The notes under the pieces are model-generated. The model ran no database searches. It worked only from the letters and a program-made list of their open reading frames with translations, and was not told the origin of the DNA. This document shows, in pieces, positions 1 through 10,828 of a stretch of 64,000 bases of DNA. This DNA comes from a virus. The translations under genes and the position numbers were made by a program. The DNA is taken from IMG/VR virus record IMGVR_UViG_3300034103_001442, positions 1 through 64,000 of that record; one strand, written 5' to 3'. The first letter of the stretch is position 1. The number at the start of each line of letters is the position of its first letter.

Positions 1-1930
1 CTGAATTATATACATCGTTTCTAGCGAAAGATCCAGAACTAATACCATCAACAGTATCAGCATCAAGACCAGAGCCAGATCCGTCGTTTCCTGCGTGCCA
101 AGCAACGCTTCCAGCAATTTTAAACCCGCCGCCTGAGACGTTGATATTTCCAGAATCACCATTAGGAGCAAAATCCATAATAGTGCTTGCAGTACGAATT
201 CTTAAACCGTAATATCCCGCAAACTGCGGAACTTGTGTTGCGCCAAATGTTAAATCTGTTGCGCCAAGACCGTACCAAGGAGCGCCATTAATTGAATCTG
301 AAAGATTAGAAGAAGAAATGCCAATTTTTGGAGAATAAATGCCAGAATTTGCATTTAACACTCCAGTCAGCGTCCCGCCACTTAATGGCAAATAAGAACT
401 CAAACTTGATGCTGCGGCAAAATAAGAACTATCATTACCATCCAACAAATCAGCATCCAATCCACTGCCACTTCCATCAACAGTTTTGATTTTAGTCAAA
501 ACATCAGATGCTGTATAATTCGTTGTGAAATAACTGACGGCATTTGAATACGCGGTGGCAGCAGAACTTGAAGAAACACTTACCGCATTCGAATAAGCAG
601 TGGCTGCTATTGATGCTGCGTAACTTGTGGCATTGCTATACGCAGTAGCAGCGGTACTATCACTATAACTTCTCAATGTTCCAGCGGTATTTCCCCCAAC
701 AGTTGCGGCATTGACACTGGTGACACTTGCGCCATTGCCACTAAATGAGGCAGCAGTTACAACATTTGCTTGAAAGTCTGCAATTCTGAATGATGCGTTT
801 GCAGTATCAATATATGGGCTGGCATCAGGCTCTGGTAAATATTGGTCATAAACTTTCCAAACGCCATCGCTTGCATCTCTAAAGAAACCAGTGTGGCGGT
901 AAGTACCATCATTATAGTTACCAGCAATACCCAAGTCAACGTTTGTGCTATTTGATCCATTATTCAAATAGATCATGTTGTCTTGAACAGATAAGTTATT
1001 AGCATTGACTGTTACTGTTGTTCCTGTTACAGTCAAATTTCCAGTGATTGTCATACCACCAAATGAAACAGTATCATTTGTTCTGACGTTTTGATCCATT
1101 CGATACGGAAGTCTGGCTTCTGCTAATGTTCCACTTGAAATGTTTGTGGCATTGGCTGCAAATGTTGTGGCATTTGAATATGCATTAGCAGCCTTGTTGT
1201 CAGCATATGATACAGCGTTTGAGTAAGCATTGGCTGCTTTATTATCTGCATAAGTCGCAGCATTACTATACGCAGTGGCTGCGTTATCATATGCAACTTT
1301 GACTGAGTTGGCTGATGCAGCAACATCAATATTTACGTTTGATACACTGTCAACAACTTTGATAATTCCAGCAACACTATCATTGGCTGCTGTGATTGAG
1401 GCTGGGAATGTTGAACCAGCACCAGTGGTAATTATGAATGTTGAGTTTGATGGGGTGTAAGTAAATCCAGTCACACCAGCAACGGCATTGGTTGTGGCTG
1501 ATGTAATTCTGCCCTTGTCATCAATCGTGATTACAGGGATGGATGAAGAGTTACCATAGGTGTTTGCCGTGACGCCACTGGTTGCCAGGACATTTGCGGT
1601 CAGTGTTCCAGTGGTGATGTTTGATGCATTGGATGCAAATGTTGTTGCATTTGTATATGCATTGGCTGCTTTGTTATCAGTATAAGATACTGAATTGCTA
1701 TAAGCATTCGCAGCCTTGTTGTCTGCGTAGCCAGTATAATAGGAACCGTTGGAACCCTCGAGGTAACTCGCATTGTTGGCTGTACCAGCAAATGCAGTTG
1801 CATTCAGCAGTGTGCCACTGATTGTGACTGTGTTGGCTGTGATGTGACCGTCTTGGTCAATGACATCGGTGGTTGTATGACCAGTGCCGACCGCGATGCC
1901 ATTTTTGGCAACGAATTTTTTATTTGCCAT
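1..1930 (-). CDS. Tail fibre protein, runs off the window edge; paralogue of 1963..7581
   Basis: Missing from the ORF track because it is truncated. ATG at 1930 (MANKKFVAKNG...) after a GAGGGA/AGGGA SD. Read in frame at both ends (...WHAGNDGSGSGLDADTVDG...). Shares YADNKAANAYSN, LAEARLPYRMDQNVRT, GFFRDASDGVWKVYDQYLPEPDASP and GSGLDAD modules with the upstream fibre. Confidence 0.88.
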   Translation of the reverse strand, partial: MANKKFVAKNGIAVGTGHTTTDVIDQDGHITANTVTISGTLLNATAFAGTANNASYLEGSNGSYYTGYADNKAANAYSNSVSYTDNKAANAYTNATTFASNASNITTGTLTANVLATSGVTANTYGNSSSIPVITIDDKGRITSATTNAVAGVTGFTYTPSNSTFIITTGAGSTFPASITAANDSVAGIIKVVDSVSNVNIDVAASANSVKVAYDNAATAYSNAATYADNKAANAYSNAVSYADNKAANAYSNATTFAANATNISSGTLAEARLPYRMDQNVRTNDTVSFGGMTITGNLTVTGTTVTVNANNLSVQDNMIYLNNGSNSTNVDLGIAGNYNDGTYRHTGFFRDASDGVWKVYDQYLPEPDASPYIDTANASFRIADFQANVVTAASFSGNGASVTSVNAATVGGNTAGTLRSYSDSTAATAYSNATSYAASIAATAYSNAVSVSSSSAATAYSNAVSYFTTNYTASDVLTKIKTVDGSGSGLDADLLDGNDSSYFAAASSLSSYLPLSGGTLTGVLNANSGIYSPKIGISSSNLSDSINGAPWYGLGATDLTFGATQVPQFAGYYGLRIRTASTIMDFAPNGDSGNINVSGGGFKIAGSVAWHAGNDGSGSGLDADTVDGISSGSFARNDVYNS

Positions 1931-1962
1931 CCGAGTTCCCTATCCCTCAAATGTTATTTTTG

Positions 1963-4900
1963 TTATTTATTTAACTTTGATTCTAGTTCTTCAATTTTTT
2001 GTTTGAGGTCGTTGATTATCTTTGTTTGTTCTTTGAATGCTTCAATGAACAATCCAGCGAGGTTGCCATAGTCAACACCAAACCTGTCATTTTCTTTATC
2101 ATGCGTTACGACTTCAGGAATGACTGGTTCAACTTCTTGAGCAATGACACCAATTTTTCGTTTCTTTTCTTCATCATCAATGCGGTTGTAGTAAACACCA
2201 CGCAATGCATTCACTTTATCAAGAGCACTCTCAACTGTGATTACGTTTTCTTTGATGCGTGCATCAGATGCCGCGACAATGTTTGCTGTTGAATAGATTG
2301 AGCCACCGACGTACATATAATATGAGGATGACGTCGTCGCTGTGCCGACGCCCATACAATTATTTCCAACATGATGATACCAATACCAGCGACCATTGGC
2401 TTCACGGTATACACCACCATTGCCACCCGAGTCATACATCATACCGTTTACAGCGCTGTGAGATATATACATACCGCTGTAACTGTTTTTGCTGCCATCT
2501 ATTTGTAATTGGGTATAACTACTCCCGCCATTTGGATAAAGATGCGCTCCGTAGTGATTTGGCCAGTAAATACCATACGAGCCATCCATTTGAATCCAAT
2601 TTTGCGGACGGAAATAACTGCCGCCACCTAAAATCAAAGATCCACAATAGGTGCTACCAATAACATGTAGATTATACGCAGGGTCAGAGGCACTAAAATC
2701 GCCGATGCCGACGTTGTTGGATGGACCAACCACAAGACCTGCTGTTGGTCTTGATATTGATGCTGGCGCTCCGTCGTAACCTGTAGCAAGGAAAATCATC
2801 CCAGCAGCATTTTTTGCCCAAATTCTTAACTCAGCATCACCATCATCATGTTGACGAATACCACACTGCCAAGTTGAGTTCGAACCAAATGTGATCAATC
2901 CTTCATATGACCCAGCGTGGACATTTACTGGACCAGTAAATGTTGCTGTTCCAGACATAGACATGCCACCAGCAAATCCAAATCTTGAATATGTGGTGCC
3001 GTTATTTCTCAAAGCAAGATGATGGTCATAGCCGCTGCCATATTCATATCCAAGACCGTACATATTTGCAAGTGGCCAACTTGCGCCGATCGTCCAAATT
3101 ACTTTTGATGCTGTTCCATCAGTATCATAATCACCCATGATACCTCTATTACCAGTTACACGAACGTAACCCGCACTCACCACTCCAGCACAAGAAACGC
3201 TGCCATTCGTACTAATATTACCAGATGAATCAATTGATGTTACATTTGATCCACCAGAATTTCTAAAGTACCAACCATTTGCTGCTTGAAAATACCAATA
3301 ACTACTGTGATATTGAATTTTACCTGAAAATTCTCCATCCCAAGAGGCACTATCAGAGCGCCAAGAACCAACAGTTCTTAATGAAGTTGTTGATGTTGGA
3401 TCGATATAATAACCTGTGTTATCATAATCATAAAATATACTTGACACTCTACCAATTTGACTATTAGTTTCAGTTGCACTGATTGTACCAAATGATGTTT
3501 CGAAAGAAATCGCCCAATTATCATCCCAATCCGCAGCACCATATCCAGAATATCCACCCTCAAAATCAGTTACAGTTACTTGAGGGTAAGTCCAGGAATC
3601 GCTTGTTTCTCCGATATAAACACAACAGTATGTTCCATCATGACCAAATCTTACCGTAAAATTTCTATTTGATCCTGGGTTTGCGAGAATATATGCAAAA
3701 GTGTTTACCCAGTAACTACCATAATTGTATCCACCGCAATTTACTTCAAACGATTCATTTGTTGTATATTCATAAATTTTAACCGTAAATCGCATCATAG
3801 TGTACGACCAAGAAACAGGCAATCTGATTTTGATCGCACCTGCAACAGAACTGCTTGTGCTTGCGTATGATGCGCCACCTGGGAACATAATTCGTACTGA
3901 ACCAGTGGCATCATTAGTGAAACTTGTTGCGCGAAGATTTGCTAGTACTGAAGTTGATGCAGGATCAACATAATAACTTGTATTAGCAGAGTCATAAAAT
4001 ATTGGCGCTCTCATTTGTACAGTTGACGAAACAATTCCACCTGTTGAAATAGAGAAATTCCAAGAGGATCCGTAACCGACGTTATTAATATCAAGATTAT
4101 TACAATTAATATACCTCAAACCACCAGATTGCCAGTCTCTTGTGCCCCATCCACCAACTGCACCAATGTTACCGCCCATGTATAAGTAATTTGTTGTGGC
4201 TAGGTGAATATTACCATTTACGCCAAGTGATACATCAGTTGGTGTAGTTGTTCCTATTGAAAGAGCGTTTAATATTGATGTTGATCCTGGATCGGCATAA
4301 TATCCAGTGCTGTCGCTATCAATTAATTGCGTAGCGTATAATGCACCAGTTTTATAATTAACTCCATATGCAGCCAAATAATACCAAGAATTCCAAGTAG
4401 TATCGATACCCTTTCTTAATCCAAGAATAGGAACACCACCACCATTAGTTGCAGATGATCCAAATGCTAATTGATAAGATGCATCACCAGTGCTTGATGT
4501 TGCTCCATCCCATGGGTGAAAATGCATAACACCAGAGTAATTGCCACCTGTACCAGTTGTACCCGCATTAGCAAAACTAAATCTTACAGCGCGTGTTTTA
4601 CTGTTTGGATAGTAGACTGCAGCACTCGCATCTCGGTCTGTGTCACTATAAAGTAACCAGTTTGATGCAAAACTTAAATCTCCAGTCATCGTTCCACCAG
4701 AAAGTGGTAGATATGAAGCCAAGTTAGAAGTTGTTGCTAATCCAAGTTGACTAATAACGTGTGCTGGTGTAGATTTACGGCAATAGTTATCCGAACCACT
4801 GTTTGTCCAAAATGCCGCAATTGATGGATTTTCGCTGTTTGAACTCGACTGATTGAAGTGCACGCCAAAGAAATAACGACTAGTAATATCACCACCGCTA

Positions 4901-7581
4901 TCACGAGCAACAATTGTGCTTGCTGTTGCTGCGGTCGTTGCGTCTAGTCCATCCAACAAATCAGCATCAAGACCAGAACCAGAACCGTCGTTTACGGAGT
5001 CCCAAACTTTTCTCCAAGCACTCCAAGCACTATTATAACCTCTGGTATAAGTTTCACCAGTTACGAAATCTGAAACCAATTGCCCAACAACGTTATTTTC
5101 GTTGCCATATTGAATCAATGAGTAATATCTGCTTGAGTCTGGAGCCGCACTCACGCCGTTGTTTACACGATACATGCCATTTCTTCTGGCATTGTTATTC
5201 ATTCCAGTATTGTCAGTTACTTCTGCACCTCTTTGAGAAACGGCAAAACCGCCCTCTGAGTATCCGTCCAATAAATCAGCATCAAGACCAGAGCCAGCAC
5301 CATCGTTGCCAGAAGTCCAGACAGCAGAACCACCAACGTTTAATGCACTTAAATTTGAGGTGCTAGCAGGATCAACATAATATCCAGTAGATGCGATATC
5401 ATAAAACACAGATGATTGTATTCCACCGCTATCTAATCCTATTTTTGAAGTTGTAGATCCCGCTGATCTAAATTCAATAAAATCAGGGCTATCTTCGTTA
5501 TAAAAAATCCCCCAATTTTGATAGTCGCCAGATACACACCAAATAGTTGAATCAGGAGCACCACTGAGCGCGCCCATCAAAGTTCCAGCAACCAAATTTA
5601 ATCTCGACGTGCTAGCAGGATCAACATAGAAACTTGTATTACCACTGTCATAAAATATTGGAGCACGGAAACTTGTATTGATATGAGCATAACCGCTGCT
5701 CTGACCATCAAATTCGAAATCGGTAGCAGCAAAATTCATATTCAAATATGAATTTGTACCACGGTTGTATGCTAAAGCGTATGCCTCACCAGCACTTATG
5801 CCAACTTCAAATGCAGCACCAGTGTAACCAGTTCCCGCATACCAACCACCAAAGCGACCTTGACCACTTGATGTAGTGATATCATTTGTAAACTCTGGAT
5901 CAGTCTTTAATGCAAAACTTGAGGCATCATACCCATCAACAGTATCAGCATCCAATCCACTTCCCGTTCCATCAACAGTTTTGATTTTAGTCAAAACATC
6001 TGATGCGGTGTAGTTTGATGTAAAATATGAAATCGCATTGCTATATGCAGTTGCGGCTGAACTTGAGGCTGAACTGACTGCGTTTGTATAGGCAGTTCCC
6101 GCCACACTGTCACTGTAACTACGTAGTGTTCCTGCGGTGTTACCGCCAACAGTAGCGGCATCGACGCTTGTTACGCTCGCCCCATTACCACTAAATGAAG
6201 CGGCAGTGACTACGTTCGCTTGGAAGTTTGCAATTCTAAATGAAGTGTTACCAGTGTCAATAAATGGCGATGCATCAGGTTCAGGTAAATATTGATCATA
6301 AACTTTCCAAACACCATCGCTTGCATCGCGGAAAAATCCAGCATGGCGATAAGTGCCATCATTATATGCACCTGCGAAACCAAGATCTGGGTTTGCATTT
6401 GCACCTTGAGTTCCTTCATTGAGGTAGATCATATTATCTTCAACAGCCAACTCTGTAGCATTGATTGTTACAGTTGTACCGTTGACGGTCAAATTACCAC
6501 TGATCACCGCATCATGAAAGGTTACATTGTCTGTTGTGCGAACATTTTGATCCATTCTAAATGGTAGGCGAGCCTCAGCCAAAGTGCCACTTGAAATATT
6601 TGTGGCATTTGAGGCAAAAGTTGTGGCATTACTGTAGGCATTTGCTGCCTTGTTATCAGTATATGTTACACCGTTGGAGTAGGCTGTTCCAGCGATTGTT
6701 GCTGCGTAACTTGTTGCGTTGGTGTATGCAGTGTCAGCAATAGTTCCCGCATAAGATACAGCATTGCTATATGCACTGGCTGCGTTTGTATTAGCAGCAA
6801 TTGCCGCATCATATGCAGTTTTGACTGAACTGACTGCAGCGGAAATAGTTGTATTTGTATTAGCAACAGAATCAAGAACCTTTAATACACCAGTGTGGGT
6901 TGCATTTGCGGTTCCGATATTAGCAGCAAACGTTGAACCATCGCCTGTGGAAATAGCAAAAGTATTATTGGCTTCAGTGTAAGTGAAACTTGTAACACCA
7001 GCAACGGCATTTGTAGTTGCTGATGTGATGCGTCCAGTTGCATCAACTGTGATTACTGGAATTTGAGAAGAGTTACCATAAGTGGCAGCAGTGACACCGC
7101 TTGTAGGAAGTACGTTCGCGGTTAGTGTGCCACTTGAAATATTTGTAGCATTAGCAGAATAGGCAATAGCATTGGAATATGCATTGGCTGCTTTGTTATC
7201 GGCATAAGTTGCAGCATTAGAGTAAGCAGTACCAGCGGCTGTTGTAGCAAAACTTGTTGCATTAGTGTATGCTGTTCCTGCTACGGTGTCAGCATATGAG
7301 GTGGCGTTGGAATAAGCAGTTCCCGCGACCGTACCAGCATAGGTTGCAGCATTGCTATATGCTGTTCCAGCGACAGTGTCTGAATAGTTACGGAGGTCAG
7401 AGGCAGTATTACCACCAACAGTATTTGCATTAATACTTGTTGCGGTGAAAGTGGCATTGACTGTGCTATTGCCAATGGTTACACTATTGGATACAATTAA
7501 ACTGCCATCAATGTTTGCTGTATTCGCGCTGACTGATAAGATCGAGCCTAATTCAGAAAGTTCTTTACCTTTCGTCGCCAT
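1963..7581 (-). CDS. Long tail fibre protein (1872 aa) with C-terminal peptidase S74 intramolecular chaperone
   Basis: Ala/Thr/Ser/Asn/Gly-rich. 15-aa coiled-coil repeats, repeated GSGLDADLLDG and YYVDPAST modules. C-terminal SDARIKENV...ALDKV...GVIAQEVE...VDYG...coiled coil is the S74 chaperone signature. Confidence 0.9.
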   Translation of the reverse strand: MATKGKELSELGSILSVSANTANIDGSLIVSNSVTIGNSTVNATFTATSINANTVGGNTASDLRNYSDTVAGTAYSNAATYAGTVAGTAYSNATSYADTVAGTAYTNATSFATTAAGTAYSNAATYADNKAANAYSNAIAYSANATNISSGTLTANVLPTSGVTAATYGNSSQIPVITVDATGRITSATTNAVAGVTSFTYTEANNTFAISTGDGSTFAANIGTANATHTGVLKVLDSVANTNTTISAAVSSVKTAYDAAIAANTNAASAYSNAVSYAGTIADTAYTNATSYAATIAGTAYSNGVTYTDNKAANAYSNATTFASNATNISSGTLAEARLPFRMDQNVRTTDNVTFHDAVISGNLTVNGTTVTINATELAVEDNMIYLNEGTQGANANPDLGFAGAYNDGTYRHAGFFRDASDGVWKVYDQYLPEPDASPFIDTGNTSFRIANFQANVVTAASFSGNGASVTSVDAATVGGNTAGTLRSYSDSVAGTAYTNAVSSASSSAATAYSNAISYFTSNYTASDVLTKIKTVDGTGSGLDADTVDGYDASSFALKTDPEFTNDITTSSGQGRFGGWYAGTGYTGAAFEVGISAGEAYALAYNRGTNSYLNMNFAATDFEFDGQSSGYAHINTSFRAPIFYDSGNTSFYVDPASTSRLNLVAGTLMGALSGAPDSTIWCVSGDYQNWGIFYNEDSPDFIEFRSAGSTTSKIGLDSGGIQSSVFYDIASTGYYVDPASTSNLSALNVGGSAVWTSGNDGAGSGLDADLLDGYSEGGFAVSQRGAEVTDNTGMNNNARRNGMYRVNNGVSAAPDSSRYYSLIQYGNENNVVGQLVSDFVTGETYTRGYNSAWSAWRKVWDSVNDGSGSGLDADLLDGLDATTAATASTIVARDSGGDITSRYFFGVHFNQSSSNSENPSIAAFWTNSGSDNYCRKSTPAHVISQLGLATTSNLASYLPLSGGTMTGDLSFASNWLLYSDTDRDASAAVYYPNSKTRAVRFSFANAGTTGTGGNYSGVMHFHPWDGATSSTGDASYQLAFGSSATNGGGVPILGLRKGIDTTWNSWYYLAAYGVNYKTGALYATQLIDSDSTGYYADPGSTSILNALSIGTTTPTDVSLGVNGNIHLATTNYLYMGGNIGAVGGWGTRDWQSGGLRYINCNNLDINNVGYGSSWNFSISTGGIVSSTVQMRAPIFYDSANTSYYVDPASTSVLANLRATSFTNDATGSVRIMFPGGASYASTSSSVAGAIKIRLPVSWSYTMMRFTVKIYEYTTNESFEVNCGGYNYGSYWVNTFAYILANPGSNRNFTVRFGHDGTYCCVYIGETSDSWTYPQVTVTDFEGGYSGYGAADWDDNWAISFETSFGTISATETNSQIGRVSSIFYDYDNTGYYIDPTSTTSLRTVGSWRSDSASWDGEFSGKIQYHSSYWYFQAANGWYFRNSGGSNVTSIDSSGNISTNGSVSCAGVVSAGYVRVTGNRGIMGDYDTDGTASKVIWTIGASWPLANMYGLGYEYGSGYDHHLALRNNGTTYSRFGFAGGMSMSGTATFTGPVNVHAGSYEGLITFGSNSTWQCGIRQHDDGDAELRIWAKNAAGMIFLATGYDGAPASISRPTAGLVVGPSNNVGIGDFSASDPAYNLHVIGSTYCGSLILGGGSYFRPQNWIQMDGSYGIYWPNHYGAHLYPNGGSSYTQLQIDGSKNSYSGMYISHSAVNGMMYDSGGNGGVYREANGRWYWYHHVGNNCMGVGTATTSSSYYMYVGGSIYSTANIVAASDARIKENVITVESALDKVNALRGVYYNRIDDEEKKRKIGVIAQEVEPVIPEVVTHDKENDRFGVDYGNLAGLFIEAFKEQTKIINDLKQKIEELESKLNK

Positions 7582-7582
7582 T

Positions 7583-8419
7583 CTATACCTCTAACGTAAT
7601 TCTTTTTATATTTATTGTGCTATTTGCATACGTAGGCGCAACAAGTAAATCTATATTCGCCCCATTCACATTCGCACTAACAATACCTAAAGAATTGTTA
7701 GAAGATATAACAGCGTATTCAGTGAAGAAAACGTTTGCATTATTATGGATCAATAACACTTCTGACGCATGATATTGACTATTTGAACTGATTTGGATAT
7801 AATACTTGGCAGTTCTATAAGTCGCTTTTGGAAAACTGTCAACAATCGTGTTTGCAGTTGAAACTGTGGTTGCACTGTTTGCGCCATCCAATATTGTAAT
7901 TGGATTAAATGCCATGACCTCAACAACATCACCATTGACTGCATTACTGCTTAATGTAATGGTTGATGTATCTGTTCTTGTATAATCATTTGCGCCAGTA
8001 AGTCTAACACCGTTAACAAATACACTCTCAAGTCCAGATGTATACAACAGTGTGTTTGAATTGGCATCAGCGCCAGTGATTACTGTTGTATTTGTTGTGA
8101 TGTTGTATGTGTATACTTTAAGACTATTTGATCCAGAACCACCACCAGTTTGTGCTGTCCAGTATACGTTTGATCCATTTGTAGCAAGCACCTGACCAGC
8201 ATTGCCAGTGACGCCATTTGCTACAATTGAACTTACAGTAAGAGTAGAAAGATTAGAGCCTACTTCAAAATAGGCTGAACCATTTGAGGTGAAAAGTTTA
8301 TGATCAACTAAATTGACGGCAAGTTCGCCAGCGTCAATATACGATGTATTAGAGACGTTAGTGGTGTTCGGCGTACGACCCGAGACGGATGTACGTTTTA
8401 TTTGAAACTTGTTCGCCAT
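7583..8419 (-). CDS. Virion structural / tail-fibre-associated protein
   Basis: N-terminal QIKRTSVSGRTP...GELAVN...KLF fibre-attachment-type motif. C-terminal DSFPKATYRTAKYYIQ...SEVLLIH domain also seen at the end of 14629..16773. Confidence 0.7.
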   Translation of the reverse strand: MANKFQIKRTSVSGRTPNTTNVSNTSYIDAGELAVNLVDHKLFTSNGSAYFEVGSNLSTLTVSSIVANGVTGNAGQVLATNGSNVYWTAQTGGGSGSNSLKVYTYNITTNTTVITGADANSNTLLYTSGLESVFVNGVRLTGANDYTRTDTSTITLSSNAVNGDVVEVMAFNPITILDGANSATTVSTANTIVDSFPKATYRTAKYYIQISSNSQYHASEVLLIHNNANVFFTEYAVISSNNSLGIVSANVNGANIDLLVAPTYANSTINIKRITLEV

Positions 8420-8496
8420 ATGGCAACCTACTCAGTTAGATATCTATCTACCTTTTCACCCCAACAATATTGCTGGGCTCTATTATTTATGATATA

Positions 8497-10209
8497 TTAG
8501 AACGTGCCGCCATCAAGTGTTGCGTAAACCACCGTTGATCCATTTGACTGCAACACTGTTCCATCAGCGCCAAGTCCCAATTTTGAGATATGCGTTGCGT
8601 TGGCAGCAACAAACACATCACCTGTTGCAAATGACGCATGTCCTGTACCACCGCTTGTTGCAGCAAGTGGCGTGCTCAAGGTCAATGTATTAGCAGTAAT
8701 GGTTGCGCTTACTGTTGAGTTTGCAGTAATTGCTAATGCTGATGAGTTTGATGTCAATGCACCTGATGTCAGGTACGTATTCAACATCGCAATTGTAAAG
8801 TCGGATGCTACGTTAGCAACATCAATTACGTTGTTTGTTGGTTCGGTCTTATACTTGTGGAACAAGTAGAATTCATCATCAGCAGCATGGCGAACCAAAC
8901 CAGCATGGCGCTGGAATGAACCATCGTAATAGTTACCAACGAAACCGATATCAAGCAAGTCTGATGTATAGTTGTTACCTGCGAGGTAAATCAACGGGTC
9001 AGTTACTTGCAATGACGATACGTTGACTGTAGTTACGTTACCGCTGACTGTCAAGTCGCCAGTGACTTGGACTGAGCCTTCAAAGTAACCAGAGACCGCA
9101 TGAACGTTTGCAGTGTGAATTTCAGCCCAACGGTTACTATTGTTACCTAGAACATAGGTGACATTTGCGCTTGGGATGATGTTTGTATTTACAACACCAT
9201 TGATTGAAACGATGTCAGTTACGGCATCGCCAAGTGAAACGTTAGCAGTGAATGATGTTGGAACGCTCGCTGTTACTGATGTGACGTTGGCTACAAAACT
9301 TGAACCGACGGACAACACAGCAGCATTGGCTGTTCCAGTTGCAAACACACCAAGTGAGTTAGCAATTATATCACTGCCAACTGAAAGGACTGAGGCGTTT
9401 ACTGTTCCAGTATGATATGCACCAGTTGAGTTGGCAATGAAACTTGTGCCAACTGTAAGTGAAGATGCGTTGACACTTGCTGTTGCATTTACCCAACCAG
9501 TTACAGTTGTGTTTCCCGCAGCAACAACGTTTTGTAGATTTGCAAACCCAGTTACTGTTATTGTGTTGCTGAGTGTGGCTGCACCCAGTACATCCAACGT
9601 GCCATCAGTGTTGATTGCAGTTGATGTGATTACAGTGTTGACTGATGAGTTGCCTACAGCAAGGCTAGTTGTATTGAGTACTACATCTGTTCCAACTGAC
9701 AGTGATGTTGGGAGGACTACGGAGTTAGCAAGAACAACACTAATGTTTTGGTTGGAGAACAGTATATCAACTTGGCTTGTGTTACCGCCAATGGTGTGAT
9801 TTTCCCACTGACCAGCGGTAGCATCGTATACAAGGAGGTCATTATTTGCGACTGATGTGATTGTGACATCGGACAAACCATCAATTGTAGTTACTGGTAC
9901 TGCCCAGTGAACCGTAGTGCCATTTGATGTCAGTACTTGACCAGCGGTGCCAAATGAACCATTAGCATATACTGCTGTTGGTACTAGGTTGGCAACAATT
10001 ACTTTGTCGATACCGCTTGTTGAGTTCGCAACAAGTGCTTGGTTCGCGGTAAGGACACCGTAGTTGTATAGACCACCGATGTGAACAACGGAGCCATTAG
10101 ATCCGACAAACAAGTGATCCCCATTTGCAGAGTATGCAAGTTCACCGTTAGCCAGTGCTGCAGGGACGGATGTCGTTAACGATCTTTTTATTTGAATTAA
10201 GTTAGCCAT
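8497..10209 (-). CDS. Tail fibre / virion structural protein
   Basis: IQIKRS...LANGELAYS N-terminus, beta-rich S/T/N/V repeats, V.DPLIYLA...DIGFVG.Y...HAG module shared with the other fibres, C-terminal LDGGTF. Confidence 0.75.
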   Translation of the reverse strand: MANLIQIKRSLTTSVPAALANGELAYSANGDHLFVGSNGSVVHIGGLYNYGVLTANQALVANSTSGIDKVIVANLVPTAVYANGSFGTAGQVLTSNGTTVHWAVPVTTIDGLSDVTITSVANNDLLVYDATAGQWENHTIGGNTSQVDILFSNQNISVVLANSVVLPTSLSVGTDVVLNTTSLAVGNSSVNTVITSTAINTDGTLDVLGAATLSNTITVTGFANLQNVVAAGNTTVTGWVNATASVNASSLTVGTSFIANSTGAYHTGTVNASVLSVGSDIIANSLGVFATGTANAAVLSVGSSFVANVTSVTASVPTSFTANVSLGDAVTDIVSINGVVNTNIIPSANVTYVLGNNSNRWAEIHTANVHAVSGYFEGSVQVTGDLTVSGNVTTVNVSSLQVTDPLIYLAGNNYTSDLLDIGFVGNYYDGSFQRHAGLVRHAADDEFYLFHKYKTEPTNNVIDVANVASDFTIAMLNTYLTSGALTSNSSALAITANSTVSATITANTLTLSTPLAATSGGTGHASFATGDVFVAANATHISKLGLGADGTVLQSNGSTVVYATLDGGTF

Positions 10210-10221
10210 TTTATCTCCGTT

Positions 10222-10464
10222 TTAGAACGTTCCTCCATCAAGGTCTAACATCTTAATTTCATATTTATCAGTCGTAGAATTGTAAACTAGGGTAGAACCC
10301 GTAGCCACATTAATCTCATCAACATCTCCTATATCTTCAATACTACGAATCTCTTGTATTTGATTCTTCAAAGTCAAAGGTGCAACAGTGGAAAGAACGC
10401 CAGAATTATTTGTTACTTTAGCCTGTACGCCTGTTATTTTTGTAATTTTTGCATTCAGTGCCAT
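10222..10464 (-). CDS. Small virion protein ending in LDGGTF
   Basis: 80-aa ORF coupled to its neighbours; same C-terminal DGGTF motif as 8497..10209. Confidence 0.6.
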   Translation of the reverse strand: MALNAKITKITGVQAKVTNNSGVLSTVAPLTLKNQIQEIRSIEDIGDVDEINVATGSTLVYNSTTDKYEIKMLDLDGGTF

Positions 10465-10793
10465 TATCTAGTGACCTGTGGCGTTACTGTCACAATACCC
10501 TCAACGAGTCTTGTAACAGCATTTGAACTACTTGTCAGTTCGCAATCATAAACGTAACGACCTGCAGTGATTGCCGCTGTTGTATTCGCGGTCATGCTGA
10601 TCGTTACGATCCCTTGTGCGGCATTAACTGAAGTGGTGAAGTTGTGTGCATTTGCTGAGGTGTAGTGTTTTCGCATTTGCGCAGCAGCGGTATACCCCGT
10701 CAAGTCCACAACGTCGCCATCGTCATTGGTGACATTAATTGACGTTGAAAAATCAGTTCCCTGATCTATTACAATGTTCGCCTTTAATGCCAC
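10464..10793 (-). CDS. Conserved T4-like virion protein (BppU-like Ig fold)
   Basis: IDQGTDF...DLTGYTAAAQMRK...GRYVYD...RLVEG.VTVTP.VTR is a recurrent family in T4-like phage tail regions. GTG start after a GGAG SD. Confidence 0.7.
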   Translation of the reverse strand: MALKANIVIDQGTDFSTSINVTNDDGDVVDLTGYTAAAQMRKHYTSANAHNFTTSVNAAQGIVTISMTANTTAAITAGRYVYDCELTSSSNAVTRLVEGIVTVTPQVTR

Positions 10794-10828
10794 CTAGTTT
10801 CTCCAAATCTTTTTTTGTATTTATTAAA

